From a virus: 64,000 nucleotides of DNA. The position numbers and the translations under genes are program-made. The stretch covers positions 1 to 64,000 of the IMG/VR virus record IMGVR_UViG_3300029305_000264; one strand, 5' to 3'. Within the stretch, counting starts at the first letter, position 1, and the number at the start of each line of letters is the position of its first letter. The notes beneath the pieces are model-generated. The model was not told the origin of the DNA and did no database searches. It saw only the letters and a program-made list of their open reading frames with translations. Shown here piece by piece: positions 7,487 through 17,089 of this stretch.

Positions 7487-7933
7487 ATGGCTAAATTAAC
7501 AGCCAAACAGCAAAGATTCTGTGATGAATATCTGATTGACTTAAATGCCACACAAGCAGCTATAAGAGCAGGATATTCTGTAAAGACAGCGGCAGTAATT
7601 GCAAATGAAAACCTAAAAAAACCTTATATCAGCGAATATATAGAAGAACGGATGGCAGAAAAGGAAAAAGCATTGATTGCTGATCAGGATGAAGTGCTGA
7701 AATACTTGACATCTGTTTTGCGTGGCAAAAGTAAATCCGCAGAAATTGTGGTGGAAGGAACCGGGGAAGGATGTTCTGAAGCAAGGACGATCATGAAGGA
7801 ACCTTCAGAGAAGGACAGATTGAAGGCGGCAGAACTTCTTGGCAAGCGTTATGGACTGTATACAGAAAAGGTTGAAGCTGATGTGGACATGAGCCTGAAC
7901 ATCAGTGTTGATTATGGGGATGAAGATGAATGA
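7487..7933 (+). CDS. terS: terminase small subunit (Terminase_2 / P27 family)
   Basis: MAKLTAKQQRFCDEYLIDLNATQAAIRAGYS signature; start ATG 7487 (RBS aaaggtggtg); the ORF-track N-terminal extension would read through the terminators. Confidence 0.9.
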   Translation: MAKLTAKQQRFCDEYLIDLNATQAAIRAGYSVKTAAVIANENLKKPYISEYIEERMAEKEKALIADQDEVLKYLTSVLRGKSKSAEIVVEGTGEGCSEARTIMKEPSEKDRLKAAELLGKRYGLYTEKVEADVDMSLNISVDYGDEDE

Positions 7934-9165
7934 ATATAAAAGTTCAGATGAATCCCGGATTCCGGGAAGTGGACCGAAGCAAAAAGCGGTATATTGTCAT
8001 GAAAGGATCAGCAGGATCCGGAAAATCCGTTGATACTGCACAGAATTACATACTGCGATTGATGCAGGATCCCGGAAGAAACCTTGTGGCAATGAGAAAA
8101 TCAGACATCAGCAACAGGGATTCAACCTTTGCTGAATTGACAGGTGCCTTATACAAGATGTTTGGTGATCAATATGATAAGTATTGGAGAGTAAACAAGT
8201 CACCAATGGCATTGACATTCATTCCGAATGGAAATCAGATCATATTCCGGGGAATGAATGATGATAGGCAAAGGGAGAAGCTGAAGTCAATCACATTCCC
8301 AAAAGGGAAGCTGACGGATGTTTGGTTGGAAGAAGCAACGGAATTCACGCAGGCAGACTTGGAAATCATTGATGACCGTTTGCGTGGTGAACTTCCGGAA
8401 GGGCAATTTTATCAGATCAGAATGACTTTCAATCCGGTGAACAAGAATCACTGGATCAAGAAAGTCTTTTTTGATATTCCGGATCCGAATGTGTTGTGTC
8501 ATCACAGCACATATCTTCAGAACCGTTTCATTGATGATGCATACAAGCAGCGCATGGAGCGAAGAAAGATTGTGGATCCGGAAGGGTATCAAATATATGG
8601 CCTTGGTGAATGGGGTGAAATCGGTGGATTGATCCTTCACAATTGGGAAGTGAAAGAGATCTCACAGAATCCTGCCGATTATGATGATTTTGCAATCGGT
8701 CAGGACTTTGGTTTCAACCATGCGAATGCGATCCTTCCATGCGGAATCAAGGATGATGACATCTATATCACGAAGGAAATATATGAGTTTGAAAAGGACA
8801 CTTCAGAACTGATTGAAATGGCAAAGGCTGCTGATATACCACGAAACAAGCAGATGTGGTGTGATTCGGCAGAACCAGACAGAATCAAGATGTGGCAGAA
8901 GGGTGGATATAACCGGGCAAAAGGTGTTGACAAGGGTGGTTCCGGTGGATCCGTGAAGGCACAGATTGATTATCTGAAGCAGCGGAAAATATATGTGCAT
9001 CCTTCTTGTGTGAATACCATCAAGGAATTGCAGCAATGGAAATGGAAAAAGGATGACCGAACAGGGGAATATTTAGATGAACCTGTGGCATTCCAAGATG
9101 ATGCAATGGCGGCCTTGCGTTATGTCATAGAAGGATGGAGAAAGCAGAAGAAATGGATGTATTAG
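7930..9165 (+). CDS. terL: terminase large subunit (PBSX / Terminase_3 family)
   Basis: Walker A MKGSAGSGKS, DVWLEEATE Walker B-like motif, C-terminal nuclease region; ATGA overlap with terS. Confidence 0.9.
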   Translation: MNIKVQMNPGFREVDRSKKRYIVMKGSAGSGKSVDTAQNYILRLMQDPGRNLVAMRKSDISNRDSTFAELTGALYKMFGDQYDKYWRVNKSPMALTFIPNGNQIIFRGMNDDRQREKLKSITFPKGKLTDVWLEEATEFTQADLEIIDDRLRGELPEGQFYQIRMTFNPVNKNHWIKKVFFDIPDPNVLCHHSTYLQNRFIDDAYKQRMERRKIVDPEGYQIYGLGEWGEIGGLILHNWEVKEISQNPADYDDFAIGQDFGFNHANAILPCGIKDDDIYITKEIYEFEKDTSELIEMAKAADIPRNKQMWCDSAEPDRIKMWQKGGYNRAKGVDKGGSGGSVKAQIDYLKQRKIYVHPSCVNTIKELQQWKWKKDDRTGEYLDEPVAFQDDAMAALRYVIEGWRKQKKWMY

Positions 9166-9488
9166 ATGTTTTAGGAACGGAATATACAATTTTATATGAT
9201 GTTCCGGAAGAAGATATGCCTGAAGATTCCGATGGTTGCATGGACCAAAGTATCAAGACAATCAAAATCAGGAAGTTTGAACCATGCAGAAATAGTCTTT
9301 CTGATTTGACGGAATATAGAAAGAAAGTGTTAAGGCATGAAATAATTCATGCTTTTTTCTATGAATCCGGTATATGGAACAACAGCGGAACTTCAGAAGC
9401 ATTCGGGCAGGATGAAACAATCACAGATTGGTTCGCAATACAAGGACCTAAAATTTTCAAGGCATTTTTGGATGCCGATTGTTTATAG
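9153..9488 (+). CDS. small HExxH motif protein (putative zinc metallopeptidase), present only in prophage 1
   Basis: KVLRHEIIHAFFYESG motif; wedged between terL and portal; alternative start 9135. Confidence 0.45.
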   Translation: MDVLDVLGTEYTILYDVPEEDMPEDSDGCMDQSIKTIKIRKFEPCRNSLSDLTEYRKKVLRHEIIHAFFYESGIWNNSGTSEAFGQDETITDWFAIQGPKIFKAFLDADCL

Positions 9489-9502
9489 AAAGGGGTGTAA
9501 AG

Positions 9503-10993
9503 ATGCTTTCGATTGATGAAATAAAGCAGTTTATTGACGAAGACAAGGGTGCAGACAATAAGAAGTTTGCAAGGATCGGTCAGAGATACTACGAAGGAGA
9601 ACACGACATCAAGCAATACCGGGTGTTCTATTATGATGCTGATGGAAAGATTCAGGAAGACACGACAAGGGCAAATGTCCGGAATTCACATCCGTTCTTT
9701 GCTGAATTGGTTGATCAGGTGGTGCAGTACATTCTTTCCGGGGATGATGGCCTGTTCAAGTCGGATGATCCGAAGCTTCAGGAAGAATTGGATATATACT
9801 TCAACAACAATGAAGATTTCGCTTCTGAAGTGGCTGAATTACTCACTGACAGCAGTGCAAAGGGATTCGGCTATTTGTACGCATATAAGAATGCGGAAGA
9901 CCGGATTGCCTTTCAGTGTGCTGACAGCCTTGGTGTGATTGAGGTCCGGGAGAAGGACACCGATGACGGATGCGAATATGTCATCTATCACTATATTGAT
10001 AGAATTGACAAGGGCAAGAAGGAAATCACAAGAATCCAAGTGTGGGATGATAAGCAGGCATATTTCTATGTCATGGGATCTGATGGGAAGATCATTGAAG
10101 ATGATTCCATGAAGATCAATCCAAGGCCGCACACCACATGGAAGAAGGAAAATGATGATTCCACCTATTTTGAAGGATTCGGGTTCATTCCGTTCTTCAG
10201 GTTGGATAACAACAAAAAGAGATTCAGTGACTTGAAACCGATCAAGGATCTGATTGATGACTATGATTTGATGGCAAGCAGCCTTTCAAACAATCTGATT
10301 GACTTTGACACACCGATTCATGTTGTGAAGGGATTCCAAGGTGACAACCTTGATGAATTGCAGACCAATTTGAAGACCAAGAAGATCATCGGCACTGATG
10401 AAAATGGTGGTGTTGAGGTCCACACAGTAGATGTTCCGTATCAGGCAAGGGAAGCAAAACTGAACTTGGATGAAAAGAATATTTACAGATTCGGATTCGG
10501 TTTGAACATGTCCGGACTGAAGGACACTGCTGCAACCACAAACATTGCAATCAAGGCAATGTATTCCCTTCTTGACCTGAAGGCAACCAAGAAGGAAATC
10601 AAGCTGAAGCAGATGTTCCGGAAGATCCTGAAGATCGTCCTTGATGAAATCAACAGCATCAATGGCACTGATTATCAGCAGAAGGATGTGTATTTCAACT
10701 TTGCACATGAAGTGATGTCCAATGCACAGGAGAATGCACAGATTGCATTATTGGAAGCACAGGAGCAGCAGGCAAGAATCACCACTTTGTTGAACCTTGC
10801 GGCAAAGCTTGACAATGAAACATTGATGCAGAATATCTGTGATGTGCTTGACATTGACTATGAAGAAATCAAAGGGAAGCTTCCGGATCCGGATGAAGCT
10901 GAAAATGAACTGAAGGCTGCACAGGGTGCTTTGAATGGGGTGATGACAGATGAACCGCAGACAGAAGGAAATGCTTCAAGTATCACTGAATAG
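9503..10993 (+). CDS. portal protein (SPP1 Gp6-like)
   Basis: Position after terL, ~496 aa, LSIDEIKQFIDED…QRYYEGEHDI N-terminus typical of Gp6-like portals; start ATG 9503. Confidence 0.85.
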   Translation: MLSIDEIKQFIDEDKGADNKKFARIGQRYYEGEHDIKQYRVFYYDADGKIQEDTTRANVRNSHPFFAELVDQVVQYILSGDDGLFKSDDPKLQEELDIYFNNNEDFASEVAELLTDSSAKGFGYLYAYKNAEDRIAFQCADSLGVIEVREKDTDDGCEYVIYHYIDRIDKGKKEITRIQVWDDKQAYFYVMGSDGKIIEDDSMKINPRPHTTWKKENDDSTYFEGFGFIPFFRLDNNKKRFSDLKPIKDLIDDYDLMASSLSNNLIDFDTPIHVVKGFQGDNLDELQTNLKTKKIIGTDENGGVEVHTVDVPYQAREAKLNLDEKNIYRFGFGLNMSGLKDTAATTNIAIKAMYSLLDLKATKKEIKLKQMFRKILKIVLDEINSINGTDYQQKDVYFNFAHEVMSNAQENAQIALLEAQEQQARITTLLNLAAKLDNETLMQNICDVLDIDYEEIKGKLPDPDEAENELKAAQGALNGVMTDEPQTEGNASSITE

Positions 10994-12002
10994 TGAAAAG
11001 GAGATCTTGAAAAAGCTGTCCGAAAACTATCAGGATGCATTGGCAGAGGTTGAAACAAGAATTGCAATCCTTCAGATGCGTGGGGATGCCGATCTTCAAC
11101 ATGTCATCTATCAAACAGAGTATCAGAAGCAATTGAAATCACAGATTGAAACAATCTTGGAGCAGCTGCACAACAACAACTTTGAATCTGTTTCCGAATA
11201 TCTCACAAAGTGCTATGAACAGGGATTCATCGGCACTTTGTATGATATACAAGGGCAGGGCATTCCATTGGTGTTCCCGATTGATCAGGAAATGGTTGTG
11301 GCAGCAATTCAGCATGAAACACAGCTGTCATCGTCACTGTATGTGGCACTTGGAAAGGACACCAAGGAACTTTCCAAGAAGATTGCTTCTGAAATCAGCA
11401 GAGGAATCACAAACAATGCAATGTATTCAGAGATTGCAAGAAACCTTTCCGGATATGCAGGCATCAGCAAGAACAATGCAATGCGTATTGCAAGGACTGA
11501 AGGCCACAGGATCCAAAATAAGGCCATTTCCAATGCACAGCACCATGCAAAGGACCGGGGAGCAGACATTGTGAAGATTTGGAGTGCTGCGCTTGATAGC
11601 AAAACAAGAGATACACACAGATTGCTTGATGGACAGGTCCGGGAACTTGATGAACCGTTTGAAATCTATGGCATGGAAGCAATGGAACCGGGTGGATTCG
11701 GGGAACCTTCTGAAGACATCAATTGCAGATGCCGTTGTGATTCAAGGGCAAGGTGGTTGCTTGGAGAGGAAGAAACAAAATATATCGGTGATACTGACAG
11801 GATGTCCGATGAAGACCTTGAACCGATTGCCGGGAAGCTTGGAATTTCCGTTGATGCATTGCGGCAATACAAGGATGAAATCATTCCGGTGAAGGCGAAG
11901 AACTATGATGATTTCAAAAGGCAGTATGACAAAATATATAATTATCGCAACACGGAAGAATACACGAAGGCACAGGAAAGGATTGCAGGGTTAGAAAAAT
12001 GA
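10950..12002 (+). CDS. MuF / SPP1 gp7-like minor head (head morphogenesis) protein, short form
   Basis: NAMRIARTEGHRIQN…WSAALDSKTRDTHRLLDGQ…NCRCRC core typical of Phage_Mu_F; directly after the portal. Confidence 0.85.
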   Translation: MNRRQKEMLQVSLNSEKEILKKLSENYQDALAEVETRIAILQMRGDADLQHVIYQTEYQKQLKSQIETILEQLHNNNFESVSEYLTKCYEQGFIGTLYDIQGQGIPLVFPIDQEMVVAAIQHETQLSSSLYVALGKDTKELSKKIASEISRGITNNAMYSEIARNLSGYAGISKNNAMRIARTEGHRIQNKAISNAQHHAKDRGADIVKIWSAALDSKTRDTHRLLDGQVRELDEPFEIYGMEAMEPGGFGEPSEDINCRCRCDSRARWLLGEEETKYIGDTDRMSDEDLEPIAGKLGISVDALRQYKDEIIPVKAKNYDDFKRQYDKIYNYRNTEEYTKAQERIAGLEK

Positions 12003-12148
12003 AATGTAAATACATGATTGAAAAGATACTGCATCCGACATCTTCTTCATGTGTGGCCCGGATGTGGTGCAAGATCAAACAGTGTTTTTGTATTGGGAAA
12101 TGTGATCAATACAAAGAAATGAAAGAGAAGAAAGGCAGTCGAAAATGA
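11999..12148 (+). CDS. 49-aa Cys-rich small ORF
   Basis: Hand-translated (MKCKYMIEKILHPTSSSCVARMWCKIKQCFCIGKCDQY…); ATGA overlap with the MuF stop; followed by a terminator. Confidence 0.4.
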   Translation: MKCKYMIEKILHPTSSSCVARMWCKIKQCFCIGKCDQYKEMKEKKGSRK

Positions 12149-12158
12149 CTGCTTTTTT
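12133..12158 (+). terminator. rho-independent terminator
   Basis: Stem GCAGTC/GACTGC (12135-12140/12147-12152) followed by TTTTTT. Confidence 0.55.
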
Positions 12159-12274
12159 ATATGCCAAGAAGGGGGCATTTATCCCTTCAAATTTGTCCTG
12201 TCGCATGACATTAAAACTAGGCTTTGCAGTGGTGACACCACGATTAAAAACAACGCAAAAGAAAGGAAAATGAT

Positions 12275-12895
12275 ATGGAATTTTTGAAAGAGATCTTGGG
12301 TGAAGAACTTTTCAAGCAGTTTGCTGAAAAAGTGAATGCCTACAATGGGGATGAAGCAAACAAGGACAAGCAAATCAAGCTTGCCAATCTGACATCCGGT
12401 GAATATGTAGGCAAGGGCAAGCATGATGCACTTCAGGCATTGTTCGATGGTCAGAAAACGGAACTGGAACAGGCAAATGGCCTGATTGCGGAACTGAAGA
12501 AGGGAACGAAGGGCAATGAGGAATTGCAGGGCAAGATCACAGGCTATGAAACGCAGGTGGCAGACTTGCAGAAGCAGCTTCAGGAAACGAAGAAGGCATC
12601 AGCAATCAAAGTGGCACTTCTTTCCGAAAAGGCCCTTGATGTTGGCTATCTCACTTATAAGCTGAACGAAAAGCTGAATGCAGAGGGCAAATCCCTTGAA
12701 CTTGACGAAAATGACAACATCAAAGATTGGAAGACTTACAGTGAGGGATTGAAGACACAGTTCCCGAACATGTTTGAATCATCTTCTACGAAGAAGATTG
12801 AGGAAAACAAGCTTCCGGGTTCGGATGCCGGGCATGGTAGTTCTGAACCGAAGTCACTTGCTGAAGCACTTCAGCAGCAATTTGAATCCAAATAA
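12275..12895 (+). CDS. scaffolding protein (GP20-like)
   Basis: MEFLKEILGEELFKQFAEKV…GEYVGKGKHDAL…coiled coil; upstream of capsid; homolog at 50724-51404. Confidence 0.8.
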   Translation: MEFLKEILGEELFKQFAEKVNAYNGDEANKDKQIKLANLTSGEYVGKGKHDALQALFDGQKTELEQANGLIAELKKGTKGNEELQGKITGYETQVADLQKQLQETKKASAIKVALLSEKALDVGYLTYKLNEKLNAEGKSLELDENDNIKDWKTYSEGLKTQFPNMFESSSTKKIEENKLPGSDAGHGSSEPKSLAEALQQQFESK

Positions 12896-12916
12896 GAAAG
12901 GTAAATGGTGATTATT

Positions 12917-13891
12917 ATGGCTATGACATTAGCAGAAATGAAAGTCGGTATGGCCGACAAGGTAAGTCAGCAGATCGTTGACATCTTTTTGAGAAAGTCT
13001 GAAATCCTTCAGATGCTTCCGTTTGATAACTGTGTTTCTCCGTCCGCAGGCGGTGGAAGCACCTTGACCTATTCCTATGTGCAGAAGAAGTTGCCGGCAA
13101 CTGCTGCATTCCGTGCGTTGAACAATGACTATACTGCAAATCAGGCAACCGTTGAAACGAAGACTGTTGCACTGAAGATCTTCGGTGGTTCCTTCGAGAT
13201 GGACCGTGTGTTGAAGCAGGCTGAAGGCAAGTTCAACAACATGGCATATCAGTTCGAGGAAAAGATTGCAGCAGCAATTTCCCTGTTCCACTACACCTTG
13301 ATCAATGGTAACAGCACCACTGCAACGGATGAATTCGATGGCCTTGACAAGATGCTTGCAGGCACCACTTCCGAATTCAATGCAGGTGAAGGCAAGACGA
13401 TTGATCTTTCCACGATGGCAAACCTGAAGACCAACATGGATCAGTTCTATGAAATGCTTCAGAACCTTATCAAGAAGACCAATGCAGATGCACTCCTGAT
13501 GAACACTGACATGATCAGCAAGGTTCAGACCATCGCAAGACTTCTTGGTTATAAGACCGAAACCGAGGAAGCATTCGGCAAGAGAGTGACTGTCATGGAT
13601 GGTGTTCGTTTCATGGATCTTGGCAATCATTACGCTGTTTCCGGTGGTGCTGTGACCGCAAATTCTTGCGTGAAGGTGAATTCCGGTGTTACTGACATCT
13701 ATGCAGCGAAGTTCGATGTAAACAACGGTTTCCATGCAGCTTCCTTGACCGGAAACGGTGCAATCACTTCCTATGTTCCGGACTTCAGTCAGCCGGGTGC
13801 AGTGAAGAAGGGTGAAGTTGAGATGGTAGCAGCAACCGTTCTGAAGAATACTGCAAATGCAGGTGTTCTCCGTAACATCAAGATTGCGTAA
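12917..13891 (+). CDS. major capsid protein (family not assigned)
   Basis: ~325 aa directly after the scaffold gene, before the connectors; not homologous to the prophage-2 capsid; alternative start 12905. Confidence 0.7.
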   Translation: MAMTLAEMKVGMADKVSQQIVDIFLRKSEILQMLPFDNCVSPSAGGGSTLTYSYVQKKLPATAAFRALNNDYTANQATVETKTVALKIFGGSFEMDRVLKQAEGKFNNMAYQFEEKIAAAISLFHYTLINGNSTTATDEFDGLDKMLAGTTSEFNAGEGKTIDLSTMANLKTNMDQFYEMLQNLIKKTNADALLMNTDMISKVQTIARLLGYKTETEEAFGKRVTVMDGVRFMDLGNHYAVSGGAVTANSCVKVNSGVTDIYAAKFDVNNGFHAASLTGNGAITSYVPDFSQPGAVKKGEVEMVAATVLKNTANAGVLRNIKIA

Positions 13892-13951
13892 TAATGTGAA
13901 TGGTGCGGTGGCATAGTCTGCCGCACCTTATAAAAGAAAGGATGGATCGAC

Positions 13952-14191
13952 ATGGCAAAGAAGGATGCAGAAGTAAATGCAGAAGTAGATGCAAAGAAGG
14001 ATGCAGCAGCAGATGCAAAGGCAGATGCAAAGGCAAAGAAGTGGTTGGTTAAGGTGGTAAGCAATCCGAATTTCTGCGGCATTGATGCAGGCGGTGTGCA
14101 GTTCGCACATGGTCAGGCAGTCATTTCTGATGCAAGAATGGCAGCATGGTTCCGCAGTCATGCAGGCTATGAAGTGACGGATGCTGAATAA
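13952..14191 (+). CDS. hypothetical head-module protein (79 aa, Ala/Lys/Asp-rich N-terminus)
   Basis: RBS aaaggatgg; no counterpart in prophage 2. Confidence 0.5.
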   Translation: MAKKDAEVNAEVDAKKDAAADAKADAKAKKWLVKVVSNPNFCGIDAGGVQFAHGQAVISDARMAAWFRSHAGYEVTDAE

Positions 14192-14209
14192 TGAAAGGGG
14201 GAATCCCTG

Positions 14210-14740
14210 ATGATTATGACAGCAGAAGAATTCAAGACATATGTGACAACCGATGTTGCGGATCCGGTGATTGAAGCAAAGCTTCAGGCCATCGAATTGC
14301 TGATCAGAAGACACACCAACAACAACTTTCAGCAAAGGGCAATCAGAACTGTTGGAACGATTGAGGATGGGAAACTGTATTGTGATGTTGCCATGTTCAA
14401 GGCAGGTGACACGATACAGATCACCGAATCGAACTTCAATGAAGGCCTGTATGTTGTTTCTAAGGTTGAAGAAGAAGGTGATGATGTCATCGCACTTCCG
14501 GATGCCTTGGATGAAACTGATGTCCTTGTGACGAAAGTTGTCTATCCGGTGGATGTGAAGATGGGTGTTGTGAACATGATGAAGTGGGATCTTGAAAACA
14601 GGGATAAGGTTGGCATACAGTCTGAAACCATTTCCCGGCATTCTGTGACCTATTTCAACATGGATGGGGATAATTCCTCACTTGGTTATCCGAAGTCCTT
14701 AATCGGCTTCCTACGGCCTTACATGAAGGCTAGATTTTAG
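14210..14740 (+). CDS. head-tail connector (gp6-like DNA-packaging/connector protein)
   Basis: MIMTAEEFKTYVTTD…IEAKLQAIELLIRRHTNNNF pattern; homolog at 52300-52821. Confidence 0.6.
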   Translation: MIMTAEEFKTYVTTDVADPVIEAKLQAIELLIRRHTNNNFQQRAIRTVGTIEDGKLYCDVAMFKAGDTIQITESNFNEGLYVVSKVEEEGDDVIALPDALDETDVLVTKVVYPVDVKMGVVNMMKWDLENRDKVGIQSETISRHSVTYFNMDGDNSSLGYPKSLIGFLRPYMKARF

Positions 14741-14751
14741 GGGGTGTTTGC

Positions 14752-15084
14752 ATGATTGGTGGCAATACAATTGCACAGCTTCAGATCAGCACCACAACCA
14801 AGAATGAAATCGGTGAATCCGTGAAGGAATGGAAAACCATTCACAACATTGCAGGATTCCTTGACCTTTCTTCCGGTGATTCCACCTATACGACATTCAA
14901 TGCAAAGATTCAGGAATCAACACATGTGTTTGTTTCTGATTGGAAGCAGCTTGATTCGGCTGTGAAGGCTGAAAATAGCAGAATGATTGTGAATGGTGGT
15001 GTGTATGATGTCAAGTTGATTGATGATCCAATGGGATTGCACAAACAGCTTGAAATCTATCTGAAGTATACAGGGGGGCAATGA
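14752..15084 (+). CDS. head closure / head-tail adaptor protein
   Basis: Size, position and …TTTKNEIGESVKEW… pattern of head-closure proteins; homolog at 52833-53192. Confidence 0.6.
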   Translation: MIGGNTIAQLQISTTTKNEIGESVKEWKTIHNIAGFLDLSSGDSTYTTFNAKIQESTHVFVSDWKQLDSAVKAENSRMIVNGGVYDVKLIDDPMGLHKQLEIYLKYTGGQ

Positions 15085-15085
15085 T

Positions 15086-15514
15086 ATGGCTGTTCATTTT
15101 GAAGATAATTCAATGAGAGTTAGGGAAGAAATGAATCAGGCTGCAATTGCCTATCTGTTTGAATCGGCAGAATCACTTGCTTCACAGACAGCAAACAATT
15201 CAAGGGTTGGAACCGGACAATTGAAGAATTCATGGACCTACAAAGTCGATGAATCGAAATTGGAAGCAGTGATCGGATCACCACTTCAGAATGCTATATG
15301 GGAAGAATTCGGAACAGGTGAATATGCCTTGAAGGGTGATGGTAGAAAAGGCGGTTGGGTGTACCGGGATGAAAAGACCGGGGAATTCCATCACACATAC
15401 GGTAAAACACCAAACCGGGCATTGCAGAATGCATTCAACACCTTGAAGAATGCAATCATCAGAAGGGCAATGGAAGTTCTGAAGGCACGAATGGAAGAAG
15501 GGAATGGTGAATGA
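15086..15514 (+). CDS. HK97 gp10-family tail-head joining protein
   Basis: SPLQNAIWEEFGTGEYALKGDGRKGGW motif typical of the HK97 gp10 family. Confidence 0.75.
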   Translation: MAVHFEDNSMRVREEMNQAAIAYLFESAESLASQTANNSRVGTGQLKNSWTYKVDESKLEAVIGSPLQNAIWEEFGTGEYALKGDGRKGGWVYRDEKTGEFHHTYGKTPNRALQNAFNTLKNAIIRRAMEVLKARMEEGNGE

Positions 15515-15903
15515 TGACAACGGCAGCTTTGGGATTCATAAAAGATGCAATGGATTCAGCCGGGATTCCGTATGAATTTATGGAATTCACTTCTGATGTT
15601 TCTTCCATTCCTGCATATTGGGTTGGATCTTATTCAGAAGTGACACCCGGTGCAGAAGATGGAAAGCAGGAAGCACAATTCATCCTGACCGGAACCGGAA
15701 AAGGATCATGGTTGGATCTTGAAAAGCAGAAAGCAACAATTGAACAATTATTCCCTGCAATTGGGGGCAGAACAGCAATCCTTCCGAATGGAAATGGGAT
15801 TGCTGTTTTTTATGGGAATGCATTCCCTGTTCCAACAGGTGAAGGTTCCCTGAAAAGAATCCAAATCAACTTAGATTTGAAAGAATGGAGCGTGAAAAAA
15901 TGA
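15511..15903 (+). CDS. tail completion/terminator-like protein
   Basis: Position between gp10-like protein and major tail protein; homolog at 53602-53994. Confidence 0.5.
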   Translation: MMTTAALGFIKDAMDSAGIPYEFMEFTSDVSSIPAYWVGSYSEVTPGAEDGKQEAQFILTGTGKGSWLDLEKQKATIEQLFPAIGGRTAILPNGNGIAVFYGNAFPVPTGEGSLKRIQINLDLKEWSVKK

Positions 15904-16652
15904 GAAAATCGGGAATTAACAGCAAGACTCCGGATGATTTCTTACTTGGAGCAGGCACGGTATTCAAGAATTTGAAGTATGTGTACAACAAAGTCACGGT
16001 GGAAGATGGTGGAGAGCAGCCGAAGGGTTCCCTGAAGGTTATCGCAGACACCGAGGAAGAAGGCACTGACACGATTCGGATCAGCAAGCTGACACCGGAT
16101 GTTTCCTTCATTGGAGTTGCCGCAGATTATGTGCCGAAGGCAGGTGATTTTGTCATCGGTGAATGGGATGATTCTGAAGAAAATGTCCTTGGTGCAACAT
16201 CCGGTGGCAACAAGTGTTCCATCGTTTCCGAATTTACGGATGTTGATGTCGATGGTGCGACTGTAAAGGTCAAGGGATTGACCTTGAAGATGGGTGAAGC
16301 AGGCAGCCTTGAAACGAACCTTGCACAGCATACTGTGGAGAGTTTCAAGAGGGCAATTGTCGGCAAGGAAGTGGATTCTCTTATCAAGGGATACACGCAG
16401 ATCATCACCAAACCGCTTCTTGAACTGTCCGACTATCTTGACAATATCGCATTTGTCGGAAACATGACGGACGGAACGGAAGTGATCATCATCATGGAAA
16501 ATGCACTTTGCACTTCCGGTTTTGAGGTTGAGCCGAAGAACAAGGAAACGGCAGTGTTGAAGGCAACCTTTGAATGTTCTGCTGACTTCAAGGGTGATGT
16601 ATTTGACACCTTACCGATCTATATTTTCTACCCGGAAAAGGCCACAGCGTAA
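15900..16652 (+). CDS. major tail protein
   Basis: Position before the chaperone pair; KTPDDFLLGAGTVFKNL N-terminus shared with 53994-54581; ATGA overlap start. Confidence 0.7.
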   Translation: MRKSGINSKTPDDFLLGAGTVFKNLKYVYNKVTVEDGGEQPKGSLKVIADTEEEGTDTIRISKLTPDVSFIGVAADYVPKAGDFVIGEWDDSEENVLGATSGGNKCSIVSEFTDVDVDGATVKVKGLTLKMGEAGSLETNLAQHTVESFKRAIVGKEVDSLIKGYTQIITKPLLELSDYLDNIAFVGNMTDGTEVIIIMENALCTSGFEVEPKNKETAVLKATFECSADFKGDVFDTLPIYIFYPEKATA

Positions 16653-16670
16653 AGAAAGGATTGAAACCTT

Positions 16671-17072
16671 ATGAGTAAAGCAATTATTGAAGATAATACG
16701 AAGCAGGAAGAAGCAGTGATTGAAAGACCGTATACATTGCGGAAGCTGAATGATGGTGATTTGATGCCGTTGTTGCAGCTTTTCCGCAAGCTTGGCCTGA
16801 AGGAGTTCAAGGACACCTTCAAGCAGGAAGCGAAGGGAATGACCATTGATGAAGTCGGGAAGATGGTTGTGCTTGACATTGCTGACATCGTGATTTCCAA
16901 GTTATGCGGTCCGGTGGGTGAGGACATCTATTCTTTTTGGTCGGATATGTCCGGGATCCCGGTTGACGAGATCAAGAAGATGGAGTTCGGCACACTGCCG
17001 TTGATGATCTATGATTCTTTCAATGAGGTGAAGAACACATCTTTTTTCAAGGTTGTCTTCAAATTGCTTTAA
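16671..17072 (+). CDS. tail assembly chaperone (gpG-like)
   Basis: Acidic ~130-aa protein between major tail protein and TMP; slippery site near its 3' end. Confidence 0.75.
   Translation: MSKAIIEDNTKQEEAVIERPYTLRKLNDGDLMPLLQLFRKLGLKEFKDTFKQEAKGMTIDEVGKMVVLDIADIVISKLCGPVGEDIYSFWSDMSGIPVDEIKKMEFGTLPLMIYDSFNEVKNTSFFKVVFKLL
17042..17048 (+). promoter_or_regulatory. -1 programmed ribosomal frameshift slippery heptamer T_TTT_TTC (G -> G-T fusion)
   Basis: X_XXY_YYZ in the ORF 16671 frame; -1 frame open from 17027 straight into ORF 17090-17410 (checked codon by codon). Confidence 0.7.
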
Positions 17073-17089
17073 TAGGTGAGATTGAGTTC

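Noticed and set aside
12929-14641. Minus-strand ORFs 12929-13735 (268 aa) and 13928-14641 (237 aa)
   Set aside because: They are antisense to the capsid and connector genes, Cys/His-rich, have no RBS and interrupt an otherwise uniform plus-strand operon.
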